From Pseudomonadota bacterium (GTDB lineage: Bacteria > Pseudomonadota > Gammaproteobacteria > JAKAQQ01), in assembly GCA_027338645.1 (NCBI GenBank), contig DAHWSH010000002.1, positions 24,510 through 88,509 of the forward strand: 64,000 nt of DNA, read 5' to 3'. Below the pieces are notes generated by a model. The model ran no database searches. It saw only the letters and a list, made by a program, of their open reading frames with translations, and was not told the origin of the DNA. Below, in pieces: positions 10,305 through 20,138 of this stretch. Both the position numbers and the translations under genes were made by a program. Position 1 is the first letter of the stretch, and the number at the start of each line of letters is the position of its first letter.

Positions 10305-11180
10305 TCATGGTGCCTTCGACCGGCCGGAAACCGGGCTTCCTGCATGGAGGGAAGTCCGCGGGACTCCGATTTTCAGGTTCACGACCCGTCTTTTCATCCG
10401 TGCTCGCTCATTCTCATAGTGGACCAGAAAATCATAGAACCCCGGATCCAGCCGGCGGGCAGGGGCTTCAATGGCGGCGACTTTCGATAACCCCCTGGCG
10501 ACAATCCGGCCCACACGCATCGTTTCCAGCAGCCGATACGCCATCCGTCGCTTCTCGTAAGATGCCCGGATCCGAGCCAGATCCTCTCGAGCCGTCATCT
10601 TCAATCGGGCCAAGGCCAGCTTCCATTCCTGGGTCGCACGCCCCTCGCGGATCGCCATCTGGCGAGTCGGCCATCGCAGGCTTGTACTTTGGAGCCATAG
10701 AACCCGAACACCCTCCTGTGCCAGGCGCGAATTAAGAGAATCGGGTCGTAACGTCGGCAGGGTGGAGAAAGCAGCGGGAACAGTTTCCACTCGGACCGGT
10801 AATCGGGAGGTTTTGAGGGCGCCCTTCAGCGCCGCCAGGATTTTGCCGTTGGCAGCGGCCTCGCTGCCCAGCCGCGCTTCATACCGTTCCGGGTCACTGA
10901 TCTGCCAGGAAACAAGAAAACGAGCCAGAACATCGGGCGTGCCCGAACCCGGCCATGGGAGCGACGGGCTCAGATAGACCTGACGCCGACGATCCATGCG
11001 ATGGACGGTCTCAAGGAGTGGCCAGTGCCAATGCCATCCTGCCTGGGTCACCAACTGGCTCGCTCCGGCTGTCCCCCGGACCAGTGCCATTTGCCAAGGG
11101 TAAAGCAGGTAGCCCCCCCACCCGATGATGCCCCCCCCAAGCAGCAAAACGACCAGCGCAGCTTCCCGGAGATACTTCAT
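10305..11180 (-). CDS. hflC: HflC-like SPFH/band-7 membrane protein (divergent)
   Basis: N-terminal TM helix. GWHWHWPLLETVHRMDRR aligns to E. coli GLHFKIPFIETVKMLDAR, FLVSWQISDPERY to IKWRISDFSRYY, and DPGFYDFLVHYENE to DPDFYAFIRSLRAYENS. It sits after hflK and before purA. Confidence 0.7.
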   Translation of the reverse strand: MKYLREAALVVLLLGGGIIGWGGYLLYPWQMALVRGTAGASQLVTQAGWHWHWPLLETVHRMDRRRQVYLSPSLPWPGSGTPDVLARFLVSWQISDPERYEARLGSEAAANGKILAALKGALKTSRLPVRVETVPAAFSTLPTLRPDSLNSRLAQEGVRVLWLQSTSLRWPTRQMAIREGRATQEWKLALARLKMTAREDLARIRASYEKRRMAYRLLETMRVGRIVARGLSKVAAIEAPARRLDPGFYDFLVHYENERARMKRRVVNLKIGVPRTSLHAGSPVSGRSKAP

Positions 11181-12232
11181 GATGCTCCCCGCTCCGAGTG
11201 AGTGCGTGGGTTTACAACACGCCTTCCTGGGGCCGACTGGCTCCTGGAATCGGACCTGGACTGACTCGTGACAGAGGAAACTGGCAGGAGAGGCCTCTCG
11301 TAAAGCGCATGGATCAAGGTCTGCCGGACCAGGGTTGGATGTCTTCGGTATACCGGAAGCAACGCATGAAAACGGGCCACCAGAATCTTGGCCTGCCCGA
11401 TCCAGCGCTGGATCCGGATCCCGACTCGGTCTACCCGCTGCAGGGCCTGCCGGTTCTGGCGAACCAGCATGAGTCCCAGTTTGCGTGCCAGAGTCCGCGC
11501 ATCCGTTTGCTCATGGGCAGTGCGTTGCTTCCATTCTTTCCAGGTCACTCTCACCGCACGCCCCGGGACAATTGAAATTCCCAGATGCACCAGCACCAGC
11601 CCCACCTGTTCTTTCAACAGGACCTGATTGATCCGGCTGCGTAGACGCGCTACAGACGGCAGCACAGGTTGTCGTTGTGGCTCCCGGGGCGATCGCACGA
11701 CCCGATCATGCGCAATCGTCCATCGGGTCAGGGCTGACATGAGTAAGCCCCTGAGCCAAAGTCCGGGGTGGGGAGCGAAGAGGATGGAAGCGTGTGGATG
11801 ATTCGTTTGGTAGCGATAGTGGATGGTCACGAGAACCGGAAGCCCCCGTTTCGTAAACGTGTGAAACACCACATACCGGGAGTGCTGTTTGGACGGATCC
11901 TCAAAAATCACACGACCCAATGGAGTCGGCCAGTTCCAGAAATTCCCGTGGTGCACCTCACGAACCGGGTATCCGAACGCGTACAGCAGGGCAACCTGCC
12001 CGGGCGTCACGGAAGATAAGCCGGAAGCCAGCCAGGCTCCCAGAAGCAACACGGCCGCCCACGGTAAAGAACGTTTCCACTGGGGACGACGGGAGGAGGA
12101 AGCGGGTCCCGGGGATCTCTTTTTGAACGCACGCCAAAGTGCATCCTTGGTCCGCCGGATCCACTCGTCGAGTTCCGAATGTCCCTCGTCTTTCCAGGGA
12201 TCCCGTTCGGGTGGCAGTTCATCCAGTGCCAT
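11177..12232 (-). CDS. hflK: HflK-like SPFH/band-7 membrane protein (very divergent, Arg-rich)
   Basis: Its position between hflX and hflC, with a 4-nt ATGA overlap with hflC. It has an N-terminal cytoplasmic segment (DPWKDEG...LDEWIRR), one TM helix, then VTPGQVALLYAFG, as in the HflK SPFH entry motif. Confidence 0.6.
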   Translation of the reverse strand: MALDELPPERDPWKDEGHSELDEWIRRTKDALWRAFKKRSPGPASSSRRPQWKRSLPWAAVLLLGAWLASGLSSVTPGQVALLYAFGYPVREVHHGNFWNWPTPLGRVIFEDPSKQHSRYVVFHTFTKRGLPVLVTIHYRYQTNHPHASILFAPHPGLWLRGLLMSALTRWTIAHDRVVRSPREPQRQPVLPSVARLRSRINQVLLKEQVGLVLVHLGISIVPGRAVRVTWKEWKQRTAHEQTDARTLARKLGLMLVRQNRQALQRVDRVGIRIQRWIGQAKILVARFHALLPVYRRHPTLVRQTLIHALYERPLLPVSSVTSQSRSDSRSQSAPGRRVVNPRTHSERGAS

Positions 12233-13546
12233 CTAAAACTCTACCGCCGTCTCACCGAGAGTTTCCCGACTCGGTTCCGAAATTTCGACAAATCGGTCGC
12301 ATGAAACCTGAAAGCGGTGGGCAATCCGTTTCCAGTTGACCCCGGTGAGGCACAGAAGCATCTCAAGCGTTCCGGATCGGTTCTGGTGCTCGGATCGGAC
12401 AGCTCCGAGTCGATACAATGCGGACCGCAGGGCACCCTCTCTCATCTCCAGTTCCAGGTATCCCCAGCGGGCTGGAATTTCAACAAAACTCAGTACGGAC
12501 TCGGCCAGAAGATCCAACCCTATTCTCTCACGTGCTGAGACCCACACCCGTGACGGCCGCCCTTCCGCGTTCCGTTCCATTTTCACCTGACCGTCGACTC
12601 GGTCGATCTTGTTCATGACCTCGATTCGGGGGACAGACTGTGCCCCAATCGTGTCCAGGACTTCTTCGACCACCTCGATTTGACGGCTGCTGTTCTCGGC
12701 ACTGGCATCAATCACGTGAAGAATGAGATCCGCGGAGCGGGTTTCTGCCAGGGTGGTCTGAAAGGCCGCCACCAGCTCGTGGGGCAGATCCCGGATGAAA
12801 CCCACCGTATCCACAAGAACGGCCGTGGCCCCGAATGGTAGACGAATCTGGCGCCAGGTCGGGTCCAAGGTGGCAAACAGCTGATCCGCCACGGTCACTT
12901 GGCTCCCTGTCCATGCCCGGAACAGGGAGGACTTTCCTACATTGGTATAGCCCACCAAGGCTACTACGGGAACGTTCATGCGGGAGCGACGTTCCACTGC
13001 CCGGTGCTTTTCGAAATTCTGAAGCCGGTTTTCCAGCACAGAGACTCGCTTCGCGATCAGGCGCCGATCGGTTTCGAGCTGGGTCTCGCCAGGTCCTCTC
13101 AGCCCAATTCCTCCTTTCTGGCGTTCCAAGTGACTCCATCCACGAATCAGGCGACTCGCCGCATAGCGCAGGCGGGCGAGTTCCACCTGCAGTTTGCCCT
13201 CATAACTCCGAGCTCGCTCAGAAAAGATTTCGAGAATCAGGCCCGTTCGATCCAAAATCCGGGCACCGGCCGCCTCACCCAAGTTCCGGGCCTGCACGGA
13301 ACTCAAGACATGGTTCACAATGACTTGGGCACAATGCTGATCACGAACCGATTGCACGAGTTCGGCAACCTTTCCAGACCCAAGGTAATGGGATGGGTTG
13401 GCTTCCTTCAAACGCCCGAGCACATACCCCTTTGGCAAATAACCTGAGCTCCGGGACAGTTCTACAAACTCCTGGAAACGCTCTTCCGAAGAGGCTGGCT
13501 GTCGCCCCACATCCATATGAACGAGTATCGCCTCCTTCAGAGGCAC
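12233..13546 (-). CDS. hflX: GTPase HflX
   Basis: G-domain motifs VALVGYTNVGKSSLF, DTVGFI and NKID, with the HflX N-domain AILVHMDV. I prefer the in-frame GTG at 13546, 14 nt after the hfq stop; the ORF-track start at 13669 would overlap hfq by 110 nt. Confidence 0.9.
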   Translation of the reverse strand: MPLKEAILVHMDVGRQPASSEERFQEFVELSRSSGYLPKGYVLGRLKEANPSHYLGSGKVAELVQSVRDQHCAQVIVNHVLSSVQARNLGEAAGARILDRTGLILEIFSERARSYEGKLQVELARLRYAASRLIRGWSHLERQKGGIGLRGPGETQLETDRRLIAKRVSVLENRLQNFEKHRAVERRSRMNVPVVALVGYTNVGKSSLFRAWTGSQVTVADQLFATLDPTWRQIRLPFGATAVLVDTVGFIRDLPHELVAAFQTTLAETRSADLILHVIDASAENSSRQIEVVEEVLDTIGAQSVPRIEVMNKIDRVDGQVKMERNAEGRPSRVWVSARERIGLDLLAESVLSFVEIPARWGYLELEMREGALRSALYRLGAVRSEHQNRSGTLEMLLCLTGVNWKRIAHRFQVSCDRFVEISEPSRETLGETAVEF

Positions 13547-13559
13547 TGGGAGCCCTGCT

Positions 13560-13838
13560 TCAGGAGCGATCGACGCCAGAGCCGTCTTCCTCCGACGCCA
13601 GTTCCTGTGCATACTCGTCGCCTTCATCGAGGGAGATCCGGCGCGAGGGGACGACGGTCGAAACCGCATGCTTGTAGACCATCTGGCTCACGGAGTTACG
13701 CAAAAAAATGACAAAGGGATCAAAGGAGTCAATCTGGCCCTGAAGCTTGATTCCGTTGACCAAGTAGATCGAAACCGGCACCTTGCTTTTCCGCAAAGCG
13801 TTCAAAAAGGGCTCTTGAAGGGATTGGCTTTTCGTCAT
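13560..13838 (-). CDS. hfq: RNA chaperone Hfq
   Basis: [64 protein letters not shown] from the ATG at 13838, with an acidic C-terminal tail. Confidence 0.95.
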   Translation of the reverse strand: MTKSQSLQEPFLNALRKSKVPVSIYLVNGIKLQGQIDSFDPFVIFLRNSVSQMVYKHAVSTVVPSRRISLDEGDEYAQELASEEDGSGVDRS

Positions 13839-13933
13839 AGCGTAATCTTCTCCAGTCGGACGAAGGCAACTCAAAAGTCAGGAATCTGGGTTTTTTTGGA
13901 GTCCTCCCCCTGTCTTCGACATTCTAGCACATT

Positions 13934-14899
13934 TTACCCGACCCACCGCTCCAAAACCGCCTGCATCTGCATCGGCCAGGACGGGTTTTCAACATTCCAC
14001 CGGTGTTCAACATCAAATCTTCGCAGCCAGGTCATCTGGCGCTTGGCCAAACCCATCGTAGCTTGGACAATGTCCTCGCGAGTTTGTTCCAATCGTTCCG
14101 GGTTTTCAAGACAATGCCAAAGGTCGGCATAACCGACCGACCGGAGGGCCGGCAGCTGCGGGTGGAGATCCCCACGAGCACGCAGGGCGGACACCTCTTC
14201 CAGCCATCCGGCGCCGATCATCTCGTCGACCCGGCTACGGACTCGCTGGTGCAATGCCTGACGATCTGTAACCACGACCGCCATTGCACAAAATTCAGGC
14301 TTCGCGCGAAGTGGAGGGCGATGCAGGAGATCGCTGAACTTTTTTCCGGTCAGGGCAATGACTTCATGGGCCCGTGTGATCCGCTGACGATCATGGGGGT
14401 GGATCCGGCGTCCCGACTCAGGATCCAGGCGCGAGAGCTCGCCGTGCAAAACGGACCAACCAACCCGTCTCGCGCTGTCCTCGATAGAGGAACGGACTGC
14501 AGGATCGGAGGGTGGCAAAGCCGAGAGCCCATGCCACCAGGAATAAAAATAGAGGAACGTACCGCCCACCAGGACTGGTAGCCGATCCCGGTCATGAATT
14601 TCCATAATCACCCTTCGCGCGTCGCTCACGAACCGGCCCGCGGAGTAGCTGTCCGCCGGATCCAGTATATCGATCAGGTGGTGAGGCACCTGTTTCCGGA
14701 TATCGAGTCCGGGTTTCGCCGTTCCAATATCGAGACCCCGGTAGACCATGGCCGAATCGACACTCACGACCTCGATCGGAAAACGGGAAGCCAACTCGAT
14801 GACATGCCGTGTTTTCCCACTTGCCGTGGGACCCATCAGCAGGAAAACCGGCTTTCCCACAGTCTTATTGGCCCCGTCTGAAACGCCGATCCAACTCAT
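13934..14899 (-). CDS. miaA: tRNA dimethylallyltransferase MiaA
   Basis: P-loop LLMGPTASGKT, SVDSAMVYRGLDIGTAKP and GGTFLY motifs. The start is uncertain: ATG at 14899 overlaps the mutL 3' end, and GTG at 14860 is 4 nt after the mutL stop. Confidence 0.9.
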   Translation of the reverse strand: MSWIGVSDGANKTVGKPVFLLMGPTASGKTRHVIELASRFPIEVVSVDSAMVYRGLDIGTAKPGLDIRKQVPHHLIDILDPADSYSAGRFVSDARRVIMEIHDRDRLPVLVGGTFLYFYSWWHGLSALPPSDPAVRSSIEDSARRVGWSVLHGELSRLDPESGRRIHPHDRQRITRAHEVIALTGKKFSDLLHRPPLRAKPEFCAMAVVVTDRQALHQRVRSRVDEMIGAGWLEEVSALRARGDLHPQLPALRSVGYADLWHCLENPERLEQTREDIVQATMGLAKRQMTWLRRFDVEHRWNVENPSWPMQMQAVLERWVG

Positions 14900-16610
14900 G
14901 AAGATCAAGACGACTCCATGTGGGGCGTCCGTGATTGCAAAAGTCACCGGATGGGGTTTTTTCCAGTGTCCGCAGCAGGGCGTTCATCTCCTCCATCGTG
15001 AGATGTCGTCCGGCCCGCACCGCGCCATGACAGCCCAAGTCTGCGACCAGAGACAGCATGCACTGTTCCAGTGGCTCACGGATCCCAATTTCCGGTTCCT
15101 GGGCCAAACGTCCGAGCAGGGCGATGGCGACCGCTGTTTCCAGCAAGGCCGGATGCCCGCGCAAAAGAATCGACCGGGAAGTCACTCTGTCAAAGTCATA
15201 TCCTAGGGGTTCCATGAGCTCTCTGCAGGCCACGAGCTGTTCGACTTCTGATACCCCCAAATCCAAGGAAACAGGAGTCAACAGGCGCTGCAGGGCCAGA
15301 GGCGGTGAGGTCAGCGCCTGCTTGAGTTTTTCATAGAGAATCCGTTCGTGGGCCGCATGAAAATCCACAATGACCAGAGCATCGGCCGTCCGGGCCACGA
15401 TATAAATCTCGGCCAGCTGAGCCACTGCCCAACCGAGGGGAGGGCAGACTCCCTCTGGTGAATGCACGAGACTGGACTCAAGAAATTCCAGGGGAAGCCG
15501 GGTATCTGGAGACACATTGGGCCTCCATCGAGTCATCCGGTGATCCTCGGACTCGATCTGGGCACCCGGTCCCTCCTGTAGGGAGATCAGCCCGCTCTCG
15601 TCCCCCGTCCCTTGAGCCGCACCGCCCCTCCACGCCGACCGGATCAGACGAGTGACCGACTGGTGTACGGCCTGAGCATCACGGAACCTCACTTCAAGTT
15701 TACGAGGATGAACGTTGACATCAACCGCATGGGCATCCAACTCCAGGAAGCCCACATACCGGGGTCGATTGTGGCCGTACAGCACATCTTCGTACCCGCT
15801 CCGTACTGCATGTCGTAGAAGACGGTCCTGAACTGCGCGACCGTTTACCATCCAGATCTCTGGAGTCGTCTGCTCGGTTGCCAGCCGCGGTTCCACAAAC
15901 CATCCGGACAGCCGCAACCCCAGATGTTCTCCCGAGAGGTATCTCATCGACCGGATGGCATCCTGGCCAAAGAGGACTCCCAGCCGGCCCGCCTGACCTT
16001 CCAGGCCAGGAGCTGGGGAAAGCTCGAGAACCCGCTTGGATTCGTGGATGAGCTGAAATGCCACATCGGGATGCCCCACGACCAGAAGTCGGAAAACCTC
16101 GAGGCAGTGCTGATATTCCGTGCGTGCGCTCCGCAAAAAACGGCGTCGGGCCGGCAAGCGAAAGAAAAGATCGCGCACCTCGACCGTCGTTCCGACCGGA
16201 TGCGCGACCGGCCGTACCGGAGAGGGCTCCAAGGCCACCCGGATCTCCGTTCCCACATCCTGGGCCAGGGTTCGTGAAGCCATCCGGAAATCCGCCACGG
16301 CCGCGATGCTGGCCAACGCTTCACCCCGGAAGCCCAGGCTTTGAATCGCATCCAGGTCCTCGGCCGCACGGATCTTGCTCGTCGCATGGGGCAGGATTGC
16401 GAGCGGCAGCTCTTCTGGCGCAAGCCCGCATCCGTCGTCCCGAACACGGATCAGGCGGATCCCCCCCTGTTCCAGTTCCACGATAATTGACCGGGCACCC
16501 GCATCCAGACTGTTCTCCAGCAGTTCCTTGAGAATCGAGGCGGGACGCTCGACCACTTCGCCCGCCGCGATCTGCAAAACGAGTTCCGGTGGCAAAATCT
16601 CAATCCCCAT
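14865..16610 (-). CDS. mutL: DNA mismatch repair protein MutL
   Basis: MGIEILPPELVLQIAAGEVVERPASILKELLENSLDAGA (GHKL ATPase N-terminus) from the ATG at 16610, with an alternative ATG at 16616. The ORF-track start at 16655 is an extension. Confidence 0.95.
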   Translation of the reverse strand: MGIEILPPELVLQIAAGEVVERPASILKELLENSLDAGARSIIVELEQGGIRLIRVRDDGCGLAPEELPLAILPHATSKIRAAEDLDAIQSLGFRGEALASIAAVADFRMASRTLAQDVGTEIRVALEPSPVRPVAHPVGTTVEVRDLFFRLPARRRFLRSARTEYQHCLEVFRLLVVGHPDVAFQLIHESKRVLELSPAPGLEGQAGRLGVLFGQDAIRSMRYLSGEHLGLRLSGWFVEPRLATEQTTPEIWMVNGRAVQDRLLRHAVRSGYEDVLYGHNRPRYVGFLELDAHAVDVNVHPRKLEVRFRDAQAVHQSVTRLIRSAWRGGAAQGTGDESGLISLQEGPGAQIESEDHRMTRWRPNVSPDTRLPLEFLESSLVHSPEGVCPPLGWAVAQLAEIYIVARTADALVIVDFHAAHERILYEKLKQALTSPPLALQRLLTPVSLDLGVSEVEQLVACRELMEPLGYDFDRVTSRSILLRGHPALLETAVAIALLGRLAQEPEIGIREPLEQCMLSLVADLGCHGAVRAGRHLTMEEMNALLRTLEKTPSGDFCNHGRPTWSRLDLHELDRRFRRGQ

Positions 16611-16670
16611 GCCCATAGTGTAACGCCAGGCATCACCGGGGATGCCCGAAAGCACACCGCATTCGATTCC

Positions 16671-17987
16671 CTATCCTGAACTCGTGGTATCAGCTGGGAT
16701 GGTCAAAACCTGTCCCGGGAAAAGGCGTGATCCGGGCAGATGGTTCAGGATTTCGAGTCGTCGGACCGCCACGTGATACCGCTCCGCAATACCGTCCAGC
16801 GTATCACCGGACCGGACGACGTAGTGGAGCTGGTTTTTCTCCCGGGCTTCCACCAGCACCGTCCGGGTACGATGGTTCTGGTACAGATACTGGAGAATTC
16901 CCTTCGCCACCGCGCGCGCGATGCGTTCCCGGAATCGTGGCTCAGCCAGTTTCCGTGCCTGCCAGGGATTCGAAATGAAACCACACTCAATCAGGACCGA
17001 GGGAACTATCGGATCCCGCAAAACCGCAAAGTTCGCCTGGGCGACATAGCCCCGATGCAAGGGGACTTGGAAAGCCGACAGCTCGTGGATGAGATCAGTT
17101 CCCAGTTTGAGGCTTTGGTGGAGGGTTGCCGACTGAGCCAGATTCAGCAACACAGCGCGCAAAGTCGGACTTTTGTTTCTGAGATCCACCGAGTAGACAT
17201 GTCCATAGCGTGTCCGGACGCTATTTTCGCTATGGGCCAGCCACCGGGCCTCGGCATCGGTTGCTCCATGCTGCGACAGCGCAAAAACCGTGGCACCCTC
17301 TACTGCCCGCACTGGATAGGAATCCGCATGGAGGGCCACGAACAGGCTTCCGTGCGCCTGCTCGCAAATCTCTCGTCGCTGGCGTAAGCCCACGTAGTAA
17401 TCTCCGGTCCGCGTCATGACGACCCGCAAGCCGGGGATTCCCCGGAGAAACGCCCGGATATCCAGGCCGACCGACAAGGTCACGACCTTTTCCATGAGCC
17501 CATTCGGGCCAATGGCACCGGAATCGATCCCGCCATGCCCTGGATCGAGACAGACCACGACCCGATGAGGGTGGACCGGTAAACGTTCAAGGCTGACCAC
17601 AGGCCGGAACACGCCCCACGGCCGGAGGATCAGGACCAAAAGGCCGGGATGTGCACTGGAGGGGTAAAAGGACTGTGGAAGGACTCGTTGGCGCAAGTCG
17701 AAAACCAGGCGCAGCATGCGGGTGTGTTGACCCATGCGAACATCACGGACCAGCCCCTGGCCGGCTGGGAGCCGGAATGGATCCGGATGCGCCCCCCGCA
17801 AGTCCACGACAAGGCGGTTTGGATCACTCATCGTGAAAAGAGTGTGATGGACCGGCTTCGACAGCCGGATGCGGATTTCTGTGACATGGAGACGCGTTTC
17901 CATGTGAATTCCACGAAGCCAGACCCGGCCCCAAACCGGATGCCCAGCCAGCGCGACCACGAACAAAATCCAGATTCCTTTGCGCAC
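16671..17987 (-). CDS. amiB: N-acetylmuramoyl-L-alanine amidase (AMIN domain + amidase_3 + C-terminal LysM)
   Basis: Signal peptide, then the AMIN-like LVVDLRG repeat region, the amidase_3 core (VVCLDPGHGGIDSGAIG, LHADS, ECGFISN) and LysM (YVVRSGDTLDGIAERYHV). GTG start at 17987. Confidence 0.9.
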   Translation of the reverse strand: MRKGIWILFVVALAGHPVWGRVWLRGIHMETRLHVTEIRIRLSKPVHHTLFTMSDPNRLVVDLRGAHPDPFRLPAGQGLVRDVRMGQHTRMLRLVFDLRQRVLPQSFYPSSAHPGLLVLILRPWGVFRPVVSLERLPVHPHRVVVCLDPGHGGIDSGAIGPNGLMEKVVTLSVGLDIRAFLRGIPGLRVVMTRTGDYYVGLRQRREICEQAHGSLFVALHADSYPVRAVEGATVFALSQHGATDAEARWLAHSENSVRTRYGHVYSVDLRNKSPTLRAVLLNLAQSATLHQSLKLGTDLIHELSAFQVPLHRGYVAQANFAVLRDPIVPSVLIECGFISNPWQARKLAEPRFRERIARAVAKGILQYLYQNHRTRTVLVEAREKNQLHYVVRSGDTLDGIAERYHVAVRRLEILNHLPGSRLFPGQVLTIPADTTSSG

Positions 17988-18016
17988 GAGCTCAAAACCA
18001 GAGCGTAACCTTGGCT

Positions 18017-18131
18017 TAGCTAATCATATTTAAAATTAATTATCAAGTATCTCATATGGATACCGTAATCACTTCATGATCTGGATTCGAATTAATCGAT
18101 TTTTTATAATAAAATTATCTACTTATTTTAT
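18017..18131. other. AT-rich intergenic island (25 G/C in 115 nt, about 22% GC)
   Basis: Direct base count. Contains the palindromes AATTAATT (18034-18041) and AATCGATT (18094-18101), and an 8-bp A/T stem (18108-18115 pairing with 18125-18132) abutting the tsaE stop codon. Confidence 0.9.
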
Positions 18132-18542
18132 TCATGATAAAATCAGACATCGCTGATCGTCGTTCTCTCCAAAACCGATCGTGATCGCCCAGTCTGCCGG
18201 AGGAGTCGCTCCTCTCCCCTTTTCCGGCCACTCGATCAGAAGGAGTGAGTTCCCCCAATAGTCCAGCAAGCCCGTATTCAGGAGTTCCTTCGCGCCCCCG
18301 ATCCGGAACAGGTCGGCATGGACAATCGTCGACCCATCCCGTTCATAGCATTCGAGGATCGTAAAGGTTGGGCTCCGGATTCTTCCCTCGATTCCGAGAT
18401 ACCGGAGCCAAGCCCGGACCAGAGTCGTTTTCCCAGCACCCAGAGGGCCCATCAGGTAGACCACCCGCGGCTTCAGGCCCGCGACCCGGGCCAAGCGCCG
18501 GGCCATTCGGTCCATCATTTCCAAGTCACGGATTTTGATCAC
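18132..18542 (-). CDS. tsaE: tRNA t6A37 biosynthesis ATPase TsaE
   Basis: VVYLMGPLGAGKTTLVRA P-loop, SPTFTI and HADLFR motifs. The last codons (CTG ATT TTA TCA TGA) lie in the AT-rich tract. Confidence 0.9.
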   Translation of the reverse strand: MIKIRDLEMMDRMARRLARVAGLKPRVVYLMGPLGAGKTTLVRAWLRYLGIEGRIRSPTFTILECYERDGSTIVHADLFRIGGAKELLNTGLLDYWGNSLLLIEWPEKGRGATPPADWAITIGFGENDDQRCLILS

Positions 18543-20076
18543 GTCTCACGACTCGGTTCAAGTCGGCCGGAACCGGGTTGACCAGGGCTCTTACATACGG
18601 AAGGAGATCGGTGGCCAAAAGCCCCCGTTCACCCCTTTCCTGCGCAGCCCGATCACCCGCCAGTGCATGAACCAAAACACCCATGGAGGCAGCCCGTTCC
18701 AGCGGCAGTTTCTGGGCTGCCAGCCCGCCAATGAGGCCGGCCAAGAGATCACCCATGCCGCCACTGGCCATCCCGGGGTTTCCGTAGGGACAGACACGGG
18801 TGAGGGCCCCGGAAACCAGGCTTCCCGCGCCCTTGAGGACCACGACGGCACCGTAGCGTTCAGCCAATCGACGGCAGGCAGAAAAGCGGTCGTCTTGGAT
18901 GGTCGAGGTCGAAAGCCCGAGAAGCCGGGCCGCCTCACCCGGGTGAGGCGTGAGGATCCAGTGATCCCGCCTCCGGGGGAACCTGGCCAGCCAGTTCAAC
19001 CCGTCCGCATCGACCACGATCGGACCGGGCCAGCCCATCATTTGTTCACACAGCACCCGGCCCCAATCTTCCTGACCTGCCCCGCAGCCCACTACTGCGA
19101 GATCCGCCCATCCCAACAGGCGTTCAGGTACCTCCCCGCTTTCCGAGCCGTAGACCATGGCTTCGGGACGGGCCGCGAGCAATCCCCCGACATGCTGAGG
19201 GTGCGTCACCACAGAAACCAAACCGGCACCTACCCGTAGAGCGCCCTCGGTGGCCAGCCGGATGGCGCCTCCCATCCCCGACCCACCACCGGCAATCAAC
19301 AACCGGCCGTAATCCCCTTTTTGAGAGACCCGTCGGCGCGCTGGGAGGGAGGCGGCCAACTCTCCCGGCGCAAGCAGGGAGGCACTCACGGCCTCACGGG
19401 ACCCGACTGAATCCGGTACCCCAAGGTCGTCCAGCACGAGTTCGCGGCCCACCTGATTTGCGGCTTCACCGGTAAACAGCCCCCGCTTCCAGCACAGGAA
19501 GGTCAGGGTCGACGTCGCACAAACCGCGCTTCCCGACCCGCCGGGCAAGGACCCGGTTCCGGCATCCAATCCGGAGGGAATATCGAGGGAAAGAATGGGC
19601 GAACGGGACTGGTTGAGGAAACGAATGGCTTCAAGCATGGCCCCTTCAGGCGGACGACCCAGTCCGATCCCCAACAATCCGTCAACCCACAGTTCGGGCT
19701 CGCCGGCAGGCGCTTCCGCAAGGGATCCAATCGGGACGGGTTGTGATTTCAAGCGAGACCACATCGTTCGAGCCGGTTCAGAACGAACGGGGCCGGTCAA
19801 GAATACTTTCGCTTCATATCCCTCCGCCTGTGCCAGCCTCGCCAGGACCAACCCATCGCCTCCGTTATTGCCGGGCCCGCAGAGAATCCCAATCCGCCGG
19901 ACCGTCGGCCAGCATTGACGGATCCATCCCAAAGATGCCTCCCCAGCCCGTTCCATGAGGTGCTCGGGTTCAAGTCCATGCACGTCCTGGACCCACCGTT
20001 CGAGTGCCTTTGCCTCACTGGGTGAAAATAGTGGCACCGCAGCGCCTGAACCCGTACCAGAACATTGGATCCGCAT
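18526..20076 (-). CDS. nnr: bifunctional NAD(P)H-hydrate repair enzyme Nnr (epimerase + ADP-dependent dehydratase)
   Basis: YjeF_N part (ILCGPGNNGGDG) and carbohydrate-kinase part (GDYGRLLIAGG, GMASGGMGDLLAG). The start is set at the ATG at 20076 (MRIQCSG...) to avoid overlapping the divergent queG. The 5' end is uncertain. Confidence 0.85.
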   Translation of the reverse strand: MRIQCSGTGSGAAVPLFSPSEAKALERWVQDVHGLEPEHLMERAGEASLGWIRQCWPTVRRIGILCGPGNNGGDGLVLARLAQAEGYEAKVFLTGPVRSEPARTMWSRLKSQPVPIGSLAEAPAGEPELWVDGLLGIGLGRPPEGAMLEAIRFLNQSRSPILSLDIPSGLDAGTGSLPGGSGSAVCATSTLTFLCWKRGLFTGEAANQVGRELVLDDLGVPDSVGSREAVSASLLAPGELAASLPARRRVSQKGDYGRLLIAGGGSGMGGAIRLATEGALRVGAGLVSVVTHPQHVGGLLAARPEAMVYGSESGEVPERLLGWADLAVVGCGAGQEDWGRVLCEQMMGWPGPIVVDADGLNWLARFPRRRDHWILTPHPGEAARLLGLSTSTIQDDRFSACRRLAERYGAVVVLKGAGSLVSGALTRVCPYGNPGMASGGMGDLLAGLIGGLAAQKLPLERAASMGVLVHALAGDRAAQERGERGLLATDLLPYVRALVNPVPADLNRVVRRDQNP

Positions 20077-20138
20077 TGGCTCGCAGTCAATTCCAAAGTC
20101 GATGAGGCGACTTCCACACCACACTGCTAGCATACTGG

